A stretch of DNA of 64,000 bases, taken from the IMG/VR virus record IMGVR_UViG_3300029787_000021, positions 9,432 through 73,431 of that record. One strand, written 5' to 3'. Shown piece by piece: positions 29,115 through 38,608 of the stretch. The position numbers and the translations under genes are program-made. The notes beneath the pieces were generated by a model. The model saw only the letters and a program-made list of their open reading frames with translations, had not been told where the DNA came from and ran no database searches. Source of the DNA: a virus. The stretch's first letter is position 1. Each line of letters begins with the position of its first letter.

Positions 29115-29475
29115 TACTTTCTTCTTCTTCTGGGTTAGCTTTGTCTTCTACTTCAGTTAACTCCGAAGCTTCTAGTAAATCAGCTAGTTCAGAAGGGTCG
29201 AAGAAGTCAGCTCCGTCACCTTTACTAGCAGCTGATTCTATTCTCTGTATTATAGCTGCCATTTTTATAAGGTGTTCATCATTTTTTACTCCTATTTCCA
29301 TATACTCTTTAATCATAGGTACTACTAAAGTAGCATCTCCTATATTCTCTATTAAAGGTTTAAGTTCTCCAATAAGAGAGCTTACTTGATTTCGAGTACT
29401 GCTAGAGTTATTATGTATTTCTTCTAATAAATCAGATAAAGTCTTATCTTTAAATATGGTTTTATCTAAGGCCAT
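29107..29475 (-). CDS. Helical late protein (possibly a terminase small subunit)
   Basis: 122 aa, late motif at 29487; the function is a guess. Confidence 0.35.
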   Translation of the reverse strand: MALDKTIFKDKTLSDLLEEIHNNSSSTRNQVSSLIGELKPLIENIGDATLVVPMIKEYMEIGVKNDEHLIKMAAIIQRIESAASKGDGADFFDPSELADLLEASELTEVEDKANPEEEESNE

Positions 29476-29496
29476 AGTTTTTTTATTATAAATAGA

Positions 29497-30231
29497 CTAT
29501 TTAACGTAATTTATATTATGAATAATAAGTCCTTGATCTTCATACTGCTGAAATAGTTCGTAAAACTCTATTTTTAGTTTAGATATTACTCTAGTAAGGT
29601 GAGGAGTTTCACAATCAGTCATTTCTCTAATGTAAATATAAAGAGCTTTTTTCTTAAATATACCTATATCGTTTCTAGTTTTAAATATAGTAAGTACAGC
29701 ATCTGCTACTTTTAACTCGCTTTCTTTAGAAAACAAGGTATCTATCTTATCATAGGTTTTATCTACGAATAAATCTATAAACTGACCTAAAGTTAAGGCA
29801 TCTTCATGGTACGGGTCTTGGGTTTTACCGTAAATTCTATCTGTATCATCAACATTATGCTCTAAATCTTTGAAGTCTCCATGCTGTAATAGCTTTTTAT
29901 AGTTTTTATTATTGTAGTTAATTAACCATCTCTTAACGATAGTACCAAAATACGAGTAAGCTTTAGCACCATAGGTGGGATCAAACTTCATAATCTTCTC
30001 TTCTAGTAAAACAGTAACGATCACATGCTTTAAATCCTCAATATCAGGTACGTCAGTATAATAAAACTTAAATGTGTGTATTATATTCTCTGCTAGCTTG
30101 TAAAAAGGGTAATAAATGTGGTCGGTGAAGATTTTTGCTCGGTAATCTGAGTCAGTACTCTCGTTATATCTTACTATATACTCTTCGGTTTCTTTTGTAA
30201 AGTAGTTAGCTTTGCTTTTTGCTCTGCCCAT
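29497..30231 (-). CDS. Phage late-transcription sigma factor (T4 gp55-like)
   Basis: NYFTKE, KLAENI, KFDP..GAKAYSYFGTI sigma region-2-like motif. Confidence 0.8.
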   Translation of the reverse strand: MGRAKSKANYFTKETEEYIVRYNESTDSDYRAKIFTDHIYYPFYKLAENIIHTFKFYYTDVPDIEDLKHVIVTVLLEEKIMKFDPTYGAKAYSYFGTIVKRWLINYNNKNYKKLLQHGDFKDLEHNVDDTDRIYGKTQDPYHEDALTLGQFIDLFVDKTYDKIDTLFSKESELKVADAVLTIFKTRNDIGIFKKKALYIYIREMTDCETPHLTRVISKLKIEFYELFQQYEDQGLIIHNINYVK

Positions 30232-30514
30232 ATTCGTTGGTTACTTGGAACTTATTAAGTTCATCTTGTACAGTTTTTAGTTGATTAAAAAAGTAACCGG
30301 TCTCGTCATCTGATTGGAATGCTCCTTTGGAATCGAGTTCTTTTAAGTGGGCTTGTGATTGATTTATTGTATCTGATAGATTTGTAATGAATTTTGCCTG
30401 TTCTTCAACTGCATCTTCATACTTTTCCACTCTTACTAACAGATTTCTTATAAAAAATCCTGAAATTGCTATTATTAAGCCTAAGGCACAATAAATTACT
30501 ATAGGATCTGCCAT
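30206..30514 (-). CDS. N-terminally membrane-anchored coiled-coil protein
   Basis: IVIYCALGLIIAISGFFI. Confidence 0.6.
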   Translation of the reverse strand: MADPIVIYCALGLIIAISGFFIRNLLVRVEKYEDAVEEQAKFITNLSDTINQSQAHLKELDSKGAFQSDDETGYFFNQLKTVQDELNKFQVTNEYGQSKKQS

Positions 30515-30516
30515 AA

Positions 30517-31251
30517 TTATAGTTTTTTTAATGTTTTTAATAGTCCTTCCGAAGAATTTACTCTTTTTCCTGTGGAACTACTTGTTTTTTTGACTTTAGG
30601 AGTAGTACTCCCCTTACTAGCTAACCATTTATCATATTCTACCTTGGAAGCAAGGAAGTCTGCGCAGTGTAATACGTTAACTATAGATGTTTTCATCCTA
30701 GAGTTGGGGTTATTACTAAAAAAGTAAGGTTTATTACCGTCTGCAAATACTCCATCGTGGCATTTTATAGCTAAATACTCTTTTTCTGTGATTTTTATAC
30801 CATACTGCTGTAGTGTATAAAGAGATCTATCTGGGACTAACATAAATGTAAGGTCACCATTAGGGGTATACATCTCTTGTAGCTTATCTTGCCTCCATTT
30901 GTCGGTCTGAGGTAAGTAAGATGCTTGATCTTTGGTACCAATTTTACCTAAATCATGGAATAGACCTGCAAATACAAGTTCTTCCATAGTAAAATCAATA
31001 GTCCCACCCATTTCTTCATAAAGTCTGGATTGTTTAACGGCATATTGAACTACTCTATTAACATGATCTACGTATCCGCCTGGAAATGCATTATGGTACC
31101 AAGTTTTTCCACTAGCAGGTGCCATAACATAGGTATCGGCAAGATCCTCAAGCATGATATTTACGTCATTCTTACGATCTCCTATATACTTGTCTACTAT
31201 CTTTAAATGTAGATCCCAATTTTTTTGAATTTGTTCTGCTGTTAAGCTCAT
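30517..31251 (-). CDS. HD-domain phosphohydrolase
   Basis: APAS..YHNAFPGGYVDH, FHDLGK, CHDG, LHCAD. Confidence 0.85.
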   Translation of the reverse strand: MSLTAEQIQKNWDLHLKIVDKYIGDRKNDVNIMLEDLADTYVMAPASGKTWYHNAFPGGYVDHVNRVVQYAVKQSRLYEEMGGTIDFTMEELVFAGLFHDLGKIGTKDQASYLPQTDKWRQDKLQEMYTPNGDLTFMLVPDRSLYTLQQYGIKITEKEYLAIKCHDGVFADGNKPYFFSNNPNSRMKTSIVNVLHCADFLASKVEYDKWLASKGSTTPKVKKTSSSTGKRVNSSEGLLKTLKKL

Positions 31252-31256
31252 ATATT

Positions 31257-31289
31257 ATAAATTACGAATTAAAATTTTAATTTCCAACT
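31257..31289 (-). promoter_or_regulatory. Early/middle promoter
   Basis: AGTTG-N16-TTCG-TAATTTAT; a weaker tandem copy lies at 31402-31434. Confidence 0.7.
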
Positions 31290-31432
31290 AATCGAATACA
31301 ATTATCCTCGCTTGGTGTAACTAATTTCTATTTCTTAATACTTTATATATAATTTCATATAATCTTTTCTATATATTCTTTATATAAATCTTATATATTA
31401 TAGAAGTTAGTGTTTTTTTTGCAGAATGGCAA

Positions 31433-32020
31433 CTATTCTACAATAAATTTTTCTACGTACCCTTCTTTTTCAATAAAAGTATTACCAAACTCCCACATAA
31501 CTTTCATATAAAGCGATATAGTATCACCTACTAATTCGGGAGGAAAAGGTCCAACTGTTCTTCTACTTGTATAGTTATTCTCATTTTCATTAAAATATAT
31601 TCTAGTATTATTCTGAACTATAGGGAGAATAGTACCTTCGAATTGGTTTAAATATACGATAGTATCTCTAACTGGTATAGGAGTACCTTGATAATCCTCT
31701 AAACCATTATAAGGACTATATAAAGGTATAGTAAAAGCTATTGAATCTCCAAGCACCCAATAGGTATCTGTATCAAATCTAGCACTAACTATACTACTTT
31801 CTACTTTATCTGCTATAACATCTACTGAGAAGTATGGATAATACTCCTGATTCCAATCTAGATCTATATGATAGTAACCATTTTCATCCTGTTCGGAAGG
31901 AAATACCATAGTAGCTTCCGGATCTATATATAAGTTATCTTCTTCTGGAGAACAACTAAATATAAATATCATTAAGAAAAATATGAATATGTAAAATATT
32001 AATTCAACAATAAACTTCAT
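31433..32020 (-). CDS. Lipoprotein
   Basis: MKFIVELIFYIFIFFLMIFIFSC signal II; start moved to 32020. Confidence 0.65.
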   Translation of the reverse strand: MKFIVELIFYIFIFFLMIFIFSCSPEEDNLYIDPEATMVFPSEQDENGYYHIDLDWNQEYYPYFSVDVIADKVESSIVSARFDTDTYWVLGDSIAFTIPLYSPYNGLEDYQGTPIPVRDTIVYLNQFEGTILPIVQNNTRIYFNENENNYTSRRTVGPFPPELVGDTISLYMKVMWEFGNTFIEKEGYVEKFIVE

Positions 32021-32060
32021 TATTCTTAAAAAACAACCCGTATCATGACTATTCCATTTA

Positions 32061-32321
32061 TCAATCATTTCTATAAGCATATTTATGAGTATCTGGGTAT
32101 ATAGTATACATGTTATCTTTGTAAGAAGAACTTTCAAAAATAAACATAACTAACTCCTCTATTTCAACCTCCTGTGGTGAATCACACTCTTGGTATTCTC
32201 TTTTTACTTCTAAAAGTAGCCCTTCGAAGTCATCCGTAGATAGAGATTTATCTACATAATTTTGCTTTAAGATATCTTTTACTTCATCTTTTAGCCAAAC
32301 ATCAAAATTTATATTTATCAT
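32061..32321 (-). CDS. Hypothetical early protein
   Basis: Downstream of promoter 32339-32371 with AAGGTTATG start context. Confidence 0.65.
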   Translation of the reverse strand: MININFDVWLKDEVKDILKQNYVDKSLSTDDFEGLLLEVKREYQECDSPQEVEIEELVMFIFESSSYKDNMYTIYPDTHKYAYRND

Positions 32322-32338
32322 AACCTTAATTTATTACA

Positions 32339-32371
32339 TAAATATACGAACTTTCCGGCAGATTTCCAACT
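32339..32371 (-). promoter_or_regulatory. Early/middle promoter
   Basis: AGTTG-N16-TTCG-TATATTTA. Confidence 0.85.
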
Positions 32372-32374
32372 AAT

Positions 32375-33259
32375 TCACCAAGTTTTTTTAGTAATATGCT
32401 CATAAACTACCTTAGCTAACTCTAAATGATCACCAGAATTAGGATGAGCTCCAGTATAACCCGTATTAGTACCAGTAAGAAAGCTTCTTAGACTAGTAGA
32501 ACCGTTAGGAAATACAATTAAGTCTCTATGTCTTATCTCTCCTTTAAATTTTTGAGACTTAAAATCTAAATTATTCTCATCTCTATATTTGCCGTATGTA
32601 TTAAAAGATGATAGATCTACAAGATTATTTACGAAAACTATCTTCACCTTATTAACCTGACAATAACAAGATAAAAGCTCTATCTGATGTAATAAATCTT
32701 GTTCTAATATATCTATTTCTGAAAAGTACTTTATATGAGTTTTCCAGTAATGATCCCACCAATCTTTCTCTATATAAGGAAACCTCTCCTTTCTATAGAA
32801 ATCCAGACCGGACTCTGCACCTCCTCCTCCTTCTATAATCATATCTTTATTTATAGAAAACATCATATCAGCTATATGTATAGCCTCCCACCTTTTATAT
32901 TCCACATTATATCTATCTTCTCTTAATAGCTCGGTAAGACCTACCACTAATACCCTATCATAAGGACCATGAGTTTGCCCAGATGATTCTAACCAGTGCA
33001 TAGCCTTCCTAAAGATACCGCTATTACTATCTCCTCTTACAGATAAATTAACTGATTCAGCACCGCATTTAGTTGCAATAAACTTTTCAAAGGTATTATT
33101 CCTATAGTGCGCAATATTCTCTTTACCCCCTAAAAGAAGCTTTTTATAATGTTTAGCATGTTCAGGAGCATAGTTGGTCCTATTAATTTCTTCTCCTTCT
33201 GTAGCAGAATGAAAAAAAGAACAACCTACAGCACATATAACGTTAAAATCTTTATTCAT
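32375..33259 (-). CDS. SGNH/GDSL hydrolase-like protein
   Basis: AVGCSF, NLSVRGDSN, HPNSGDH blocks. Confidence 0.65.
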   Translation of the reverse strand: MNKDFNVICAVGCSFFHSATEGEEINRTNYAPEHAKHYKKLLLGGKENIAHYRNNTFEKFIATKCGAESVNLSVRGDSNSGIFRKAMHWLESSGQTHGPYDRVLVVGLTELLREDRYNVEYKRWEAIHIADMMFSINKDMIIEGGGGAESGLDFYRKERFPYIEKDWWDHYWKTHIKYFSEIDILEQDLLHQIELLSCYCQVNKVKIVFVNNLVDLSSFNTYGKYRDENNLDFKSQKFKGEIRHRDLIVFPNGSTSLRSFLTGTNTGYTGAHPNSGDHLELAKVVYEHITKKTW

Positions 33260-33264
33260 AAGAA

Positions 33265-33335
33265 GTGGGGGCGGTTAGGGGGTTTATTAACAGCGTAGCT
33301 CGCCGCGCAAAAGCGCGCAAAGTTGCACCGAAAAA
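33265..33335. repeat. GC-rich element A (degenerate inverted partner of 35405-35456)
   Basis: gggggcggttagggggttt...cgcgcaaaagcgcg in an AT-rich background. Confidence 0.5.
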
Positions 33336-33336
33336 T

Positions 33337-33810
33337 TTATGTTCTATTAAGTAAGGATTGTATATCATAATCAGATAACTCTAGTGTATGCAAAGGCCCA
33401 TCAGATAATAGGCATGCATCTATATATTTTTTTATAACGGCACATCTTTCGTACTCTTCTCTATTCTCGAAATAGCCTCTTAGGCCATCTAGCATATTAA
33501 GTAATTTAGTATAATCGTGTTCTTTAGCGGCCTTCTCTATACTGGGCGTTTCTACGAGATCAATTCTTTTAAGGCTATTGACGAGTTTTACGAAGTATTT
33601 GTGTTTAATCTTAGACTTTACTTGGGTGTACTGAGAGCCGTATTGTTCGGATTGAATTTGATTAAGAATGTAATAGTTTTCAAAAGCTTTGATAAAGTCT
33701 CCTAATACATAAGAAGCGTTATTGAACTTGATTATGACATCATGCTCTTTATATACCTCTTTATCTTCTTTATTAAATATATCAAAGATACTCTTATTTA
33801 ACTTCTTCAT
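33337..33810 (-). CDS. Protein with C-terminal UVR-like motif
   Basis: FENREEYERCAVIK. Confidence 0.6.
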   Translation of the reverse strand: MKKLNKSIFDIFNKEDKEVYKEHDVIIKFNNASYVLGDFIKAFENYYILNQIQSEQYGSQYTQVKSKIKHKYFVKLVNSLKRIDLVETPSIEKAAKEHDYTKLLNMLDGLRGYFENREEYERCAVIKKYIDACLLSDGPLHTLELSDYDIQSLLNRT

Positions 33811-33836
33811 TCTAGTTCTATATCTCTTTAATAAAT

Positions 33837-33869
33837 AGTTGGTATTCTGAAAGATATTTCTTATATTAA
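33837..33869 (+). promoter_or_regulatory. Early/middle promoter on the plus strand, divergent from and overlapping a minus-strand late motif
   Basis: AGTTG-N16-TTCT-TATATTAA. Confidence 0.75.
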
Positions 33870-33888
33870 TATATATACTGATAATTAT

Positions 33889-34035
33889 ATGTTCGATAAT
33901 ATTAAAATAATAGCTCTAGGCCACGGGTTCTTATTAGGTATGCAATATTTCGCACCTTATGAAACAGATGAAGATGATCTCCACGAGTTAAATATATACT
34001 TGTTCTTATTCTGTATCTCATTAAGATGGAAATAA
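33889..34035 (+). CDS. Small beta-hairpin-like protein (48 aa)
   Basis: MFDNIKIIALGHGFLLGMQYFAPYETDEDDLHELNIYLFLFCISLRWK; follows the promoter; not in the ORF track. Confidence 0.65.
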   Translation: MFDNIKIIALGHGFLLGMQYFAPYETDEDDLHELNIYLFLFCISLRWK

Positions 34036-34149
34036 ACCCTATATAGAGAAATTTTGCTAAAAAATTTTTTCATATATTTAGTAAAAACTGGGTAAATAAC
34101 TATATCGAAATCTACCCATAGAGTCATCAGTACTATAAAGGATATTATA

Positions 34150-34332
34150 ATGGCTATAGATAATAGTTTATATGTAGGTTTATTAGAAGAAAAGCAGCAA
34201 TGGTCTGATAAACTAGATTTAGCCTTAGATGATGAAAACTATAGATTATGTGCTTTATATAGAGATAAGATAAAAGCTATAGATAAGAAGATTATGAATA
34301 TTATATATCCTACTAATAATTTAATAAGATGA
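34150..34332 (+). CDS. UVR-domain microprotein
   Basis: LDLALDDENYRLCALYRDKI. Confidence 0.65.
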   Translation: MAIDNSLYVGLLEEKQQWSDKLDLALDDENYRLCALYRDKIKAIDKKIMNIIYPTNNLIR

Positions 34333-34460
34333 TACCAAAAATGATACCATATTTAGAATTAGACCTTAATCCCACCGTATTAGAAGAAGGCATAGTAGTT
34401 ACTATATGCTTTGCATTACTGATGTGGGGTTTATTTGATATATTTTATAATGAAAGATAA
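34329..34460 (+). CDS. Small single-TM protein (43 aa)
   Basis: ATGA overlap with the previous gene; GIVVTICFALLMWGLF. Confidence 0.5.
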   Translation: MIPKMIPYLELDLNPTVLEEGIVVTICFALLMWGLFDIFYNER

Positions 34461-34557
34461 GAATACCATAGGAGATAGCCTTAGAAGAGGATTTATCTTT
34501 GCTACTATAGTACTAATAGCTACGATGATATATAAATATATATACTCTATACTCTAG
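34450..34557 (+). CDS. Small single-TM protein (35 aa)
   Basis: MKDKNTIGDSLRRGFIFATIVLIATMIYKYIYSIL. Confidence 0.45.
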   Translation: MKDKNTIGDSLRRGFIFATIVLIATMIYKYIYSIL

Positions 34558-34711
34558 AAGTTAGCAGAGAGATATTCTTAGGTATGGGCAAGCCAGGCAT
34601 ACTACGTACCGGTAAGGGAACTATACTGTCAGTGTTATATAAGGGTGATGTCTAGGTACAGGCAGTTTGACCTAGCATGGACATCCAATCCATAGAGCCA
34701 TATATAATAAT

Positions 34712-34834
34712 ATGCCTACTATAGATAGAAAGATTATACTCTTAATAGCCTCTATAGGATTATCTATTATAGCTCTGATAGCATCTCTATTAAACTCATA
34801 CCACTCTCTCATATATATTATTTATTTATTATAG
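34712..34834 (+). CDS. Small hydrophobic protein (40 aa)
   Basis: MPTIDRKIILLIASIGLSIIALIASLL... Confidence 0.4.
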   Translation: MPTIDRKIILLIASIGLSIIALIASLLNSYHSLIYIIYLL

Positions 34835-34980
34835 TATTCTGGAACGTTATGCACTCTATATACTATATCCTTTAGTCTATCTATACTATCCATAAGCCTA
34901 TTACTAGGCCTATCATCGTACATTCCTTCTAGATTAAGCAAGATCGGCATAAGATCCTGATATAGTTTATCATTATCCAT
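34822..34980 (-). CDS. Small early protein (52 aa)
   Basis: MDNDKLYQDLMPILLNLEG...; follows promoter 35005-35037. Confidence 0.6.
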   Translation of the reverse strand: MDNDKLYQDLMPILLNLEGMYDDRPSNRLMDSIDRLKDIVYRVHNVPEYYNK

Positions 34981-35004
34981 GTGTATATAACCTTTATTTA
35001 TACT

Positions 35005-35037
35005 TAAATATACGAACTTTTCTGGTAAGATCCAACT
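35005..35037 (-). promoter_or_regulatory. Early/middle promoter
   Basis: AGTTG-N16-TTCG-TATATTTA. Confidence 0.85.
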
Positions 35038-35404
35038 GTTTTAACGGTTATTTTCTTGCCTATATAGAAAAAAAGTAGGAGGGAGGTAGGCAGGCCTGAT
35101 TAAATACCTTATCTTTTCATACGCTAATACGTCTATCTTATATACAACCTATATATTTTTATATGTTTATATGTGTATATCTTTATATTAATATATACTT
35201 ATATCTTATTACATATACGTTAAGTGATATAGTATCTTATAGCCCTTTATCTCCCTATCATAGGTAATGTCTCCTATAGTATCTTATGTTGTTTAGTATC
35301 GAGTAGTAGCCTCAGTCATCCATACCTCAGAGACACGATAAGTACTTTGATTTAATTGTCCATATTAGAGATTGGATAGTAAGAAAGGTAGGACTATTCA
35401 TCAA

Positions 35405-35456
35405 TTTTGCGCGTGGCACCTTCGGTGGAGAGAGAGAAACGCCCCCTCACTCCCCC
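35405..35456. repeat. GC-rich element B
   Basis: ttttgcgcg...caccttcggtg...aaacgccccctcactccccc. Confidence 0.5.
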
Positions 35457-35950
35457 TACAGCAGTCCATCCTCACCCCTCTCATAACACGCCACAAGGCT
35501 ATATCTAACTCCTGCTTGTAAGGTACACACCTCATGATCTAAAGTAGAATCAAACATCATTCCACTATCTACCCTCTTTGATATATCATATGGTTTATCT
35601 TTTATATCATATACTATAGTATTACCTCCTCTATATGTAGATGGATCACTCAATTGTACTACCAATGATCTAGTTCTTTTAAACGATCTATCGGTATCCC
35701 ATAGATCATTATGCTTCTTTATATAGTCTCCTACCTTATATCTTATAATATAAAACTCATTTAACTCTTCTCCTCTTACTTTATATTCATCTAGCTTATT
35801 AAATACTTCTGTATAACCATGGGCTGGAGTAATAGTTATTATATCTCTATTGAAGATACTTGTGCTATCATTGCTATAGTTTACGCTTTGACTAACTCTT
35901 TGTAGCTCACTTATTATTTCTTCTCCTAATATATTATCTAATTCTTTCAT
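35456..35950 (-). CDS. 2OG-Fe(II) oxygenase (PKHD/prolyl-hydroxylase-like)
   Basis: HND...QLSDPSTYRGG...HEV...RYSLV. Confidence 0.85.
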   Translation of the reverse strand: MKELDNILGEEIISELQRVSQSVNYSNDSTSIFNRDIITITPAHGYTEVFNKLDEYKVRGEELNEFYIIRYKVGDYIKKHNDLWDTDRSFKRTRSLVVQLSDPSTYRGGNTIVYDIKDKPYDISKRVDSGMMFDSTLDHEVCTLQAGVRYSLVACYERGEDGLL

Positions 35951-35953
35951 AGT

Positions 35954-36487
35954 TTATAATATAGAACGTTTATCACCCATTTGATCTCTAGTAAGCCATA
36001 ATACTAAACTATATCTTATTCCTTCTTCTATAGGAGTTACCTCATGTAATAGATTAGCCGGAAACATTATACAACTACCTATCTGTTTACTAGCTTTAAA
36101 ATAAGCTTTATTATCTTTAATATTATTATATATCAAAAGGTCTCCTCCTTTATAGTTATCTGGATTGCTAAGTTGTATTATTAATGTTTTATATCTATTA
36201 TTATATCCTTCTCCAACATCTCTATGTCTCTTAAATACATCTCCTTTTTTATATCTAACTAACTTATAATAGACAGGAAGCTTTTGTATTCCTAATTGCT
36301 TCTTAAGCTCATATATACTAGAAACAAACTTACCATAATTATATACAGTTTGTTCAGATGATATTCTTTCTTTTGATTCATAATTAAAAGCACCTACCTT
36401 ACTATTCTTCCAATTATCAGATGCATTATCTAGAATGTCAGCACATTCTTTTTCAGATAGTATTTGTTTTTGTATAACTTCGCTCAT
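35954..36487 (-). CDS. 2OG-Fe(II) oxygenase (PKHD-like)
   Basis: HRD...QLSNPDNYKGGDL...HEVTP..GIRYSLVLW; start moved to 36487. Confidence 0.85.
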   Translation of the reverse strand: MSEVIQKQILSEKECADILDNASDNWKNSKVGAFNYESKERISSEQTVYNYGKFVSSIYELKKQLGIQKLPVYYKLVRYKKGDVFKRHRDVGEGYNNRYKTLIIQLSNPDNYKGGDLLIYNNIKDNKAYFKASKQIGSCIMFPANLLHEVTPIEEGIRYSLVLWLTRDQMGDKRSIL

Positions 36488-37050
36488 TAATGATTCATAT
36501 ATGCTGAAGGAGAAGGTAGTCCTCCGTAGTGGCACCATTCTATTTCTTTATACTTATGATTAGTCATTGCACACCATAAATCATAATCTTCTTGATTAAC
36601 TCTATAACCCCAATGTAATAACGATTGCTGTATCCTTGGACTAGCCTGCCAATCATTAGCTTCATATATCCTTCTATAGATAAGCTTTCTCCATCTTCCA
36701 TTCTTACCACAAAAATCTTGCCATCTTCTTATCTGTCTATAATCATCATCACATCTGAGACCCATATCATATTTAATATACCATTCTATCCATCCATAAG
36801 GATCTCTCTGACTAAACCAATTCATCTCTTTCCAATAGCTATATGGCATACCACTCCTTACTTTAAATTTATTACGTTTAGGTCTATATGTTGGAGCCAT
36901 ATATAGATCTTTATCTATACCTATAAACATATCTTTTATAGCAGGATCCATTTTCTTTTTAGGTCCAGCGTTAGGACCAAAGTATGATCCTCCCATTATA
37001 CCTTCTTCAAACATCTCTCTTGGAGTTGTATTAGGATAAAATTCTATCAT
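36487..37050 (-). CDS. Conserved viral hypothetical protein
   Basis: PNTTPREM..G.MGGSYF, DPYGWIEWY, RQIRRW, QSLLHWG; start moved to 37050. Confidence 0.65.
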   Translation of the reverse strand: MIEFYPNTTPREMFEEGIMGGSYFGPNAGPKKKMDPAIKDMFIGIDKDLYMAPTYRPKRNKFKVRSGMPYSYWKEMNWFSQRDPYGWIEWYIKYDMGLRCDDDYRQIRRWQDFCGKNGRWRKLIYRRIYEANDWQASPRIQQSLLHWGYRVNQEDYDLWCAMTNHKYKEIEWCHYGGLPSPSAYMNH

Positions 37051-37211
37051 TTGAACCATTGTATTAGTATATTAATTGATATTAGTATGTTAGTAACTAC
37101 TGCTTGAATTATAATCAAAGTTCTAAATCTAGCTACTGCATCTGCTTCTCTTTTAGTTTCACCTATCTTTTCACCAAGAGCTCTAGCCCATAATCTCCAT
37201 AATTTCTTCAT
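37047..37211 (-). CDS. Small membrane protein (54 aa)
   Basis: MKKLWRLWARALGEK...READAVARFRT followed by a hydrophobic tail. Confidence 0.7.
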   Translation of the reverse strand: MKKLWRLWARALGEKIGETKREADAVARFRTLIIIQAVVTNILISINILIQWFK

Positions 37212-37215
37212 CGTC

Positions 37216-38097
37216 TTAATTTATTGTTTCAAAAAATTTATAAAAGCTAACATTATCATTAAAGAATTCATCTGTTACCCAATCTTGATCTGTATCTTCA
37301 TGATACCACGTATCAAATGTAAACGTTTTAAACCATTCTGGATTATTAATAGCTATTGGAGTTAATATAGCTTCATGATCTAATAAATGCTCTTTGGTTA
37401 AACATTTTTCAGAATTAACTTCAAACTCACTAATTAGATGCTGTATACTATCTTTATATCCTCCGAATAATCCTCCTATAGCATTAGATTTATAAAAATG
37501 ATAATTATCAAATACTTCATTCATAATCTTATTACTATGGTACTGCGCAGTATTTCTTATATCTAATAACTTATCTCCAACCCACTTATTAATTTTATTA
37601 AATAATTCTTTATTATATATCTTATCATAAGTATATTGATATTCACACTCCGCAAAGCCAGTCGCTAATTCTATATTACTATTGTATTTATCTGGGTACA
37701 AACCTCTATGTGATAAACCAGCATCTATCCAATAAATGTAATCATACTCAGGCAAATAATTCTCCTTTATAAAACTCATCTTATACTGTCCTAGTTCATA
37801 ATAACATTTAAACTTATCTAAATGCTTCTCTCTTATTTTAAGAGCTCTTTGATTATGTTCTGAATCTTTTAATTCTCTAACTATTACTTCTATATTACTA
37901 ACGTTATATTGTGAGAGTTTATCTACTAACAATGAGGATGTAGCAGAACTTGTATAACATTTTATAGGTAAGTTAGACTTACTAATTTGAATAAGAGAAT
38001 AAACATATCTCCATAATCTAGCATTACCTCCATGAAGATAATAAGGGTGACCTGGTTCAAATGCATATATTCCTGTAACAAGTAATGTATTAGTCAC
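37216..38097 (-). CDS. HtrL/YibB-like glycosyltransferase
   Basis: LVTGIY, YWIDAGL, GGLFGG. Confidence 0.65.
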   Translation of the reverse strand: MTNTLLVTGIYAFEPGHPYYLHGGNARLWRYVYSLIQISKSNLPIKCYTSSATSSLLVDKLSQYNVSNIEVIVRELKDSEHNQRALKIREKHLDKFKCYYELGQYKMSFIKENYLPEYDYIYWIDAGLSHRGLYPDKYNSNIELATGFAECEYQYTYDKIYNKELFNKINKWVGDKLLDIRNTAQYHSNKIMNEVFDNYHFYKSNAIGGLFGGYKDSIQHLISEFEVNSEKCLTKEHLLDHEAILTPIAINNPEWFKTFTFDTWYHEDTDQDWVTDEFFNDNVSFYKFFETIN

Positions 38098-38428
38098 TTA
38101 TCTTTCTATTTTTTTTAAATATATCAATTAATGTCTGTACGTCTCTTTTTTTATAAAAACGAATATTCTCATAATCAGAGAACTCTACATACCATCCATC
38201 TCCTTTTACAGTAGGTAAATCAAAAGCTTTATTAGTATTAGTTACTAACTCTAATCCTGGTTTATCATATTCTTCTTCCCATCCAGAGAAGCCATACTTA
38301 CCTGCTTCATCTAAAGTAAAAGCATAAAAGTAGTAAGGTTCATCTCCAAAGAAGCCATCTTCATCTAATTGTTCTCTTGAGTATATTACTTTTTCGAATC
38401 CTAATGATAATAAATCTTCTTGTGTCAT
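38090..38428 (-). CDS. Hypothetical protein
   Basis: ORF track; MTQEDLLSLGFEK. Confidence 0.65.
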   Translation of the reverse strand: MTQEDLLSLGFEKVIYSREQLDEDGFFGDEPYYFYAFTLDEAGKYGFSGWEEEYDKPGLELVTNTNKAFDLPTVKGDGWYVEFSDYENIRFYKKRDVQTLIDIFKKNRKISD

Positions 38429-38607
38429 TTTACAAATAACTTTTTACTTTTATCTCTAGCTATTTTATTTAGCTCTTTAATATACATATTCCCTTCTATA
38501 AATCTTTTAGATAGCTCATAATATTTTAAAGCATTTAGTAGCTGATTATAATTACAACAGCTTTCTATTACGTTTTTAACTTTAGAATAATATTGCAGCT
38601 CTCTCAT
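38425..38607 (-). CDS. Hypothetical protein
   Basis: ORF track; coupled to neighbours. Confidence 0.6.
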   Translation of the reverse strand: MRELQYYSKVKNVIESCCNYNQLLNALKYYELSKRFIEGNMYIKELNKIARDKSKKLFVK

Positions 38608-38608
38608 T

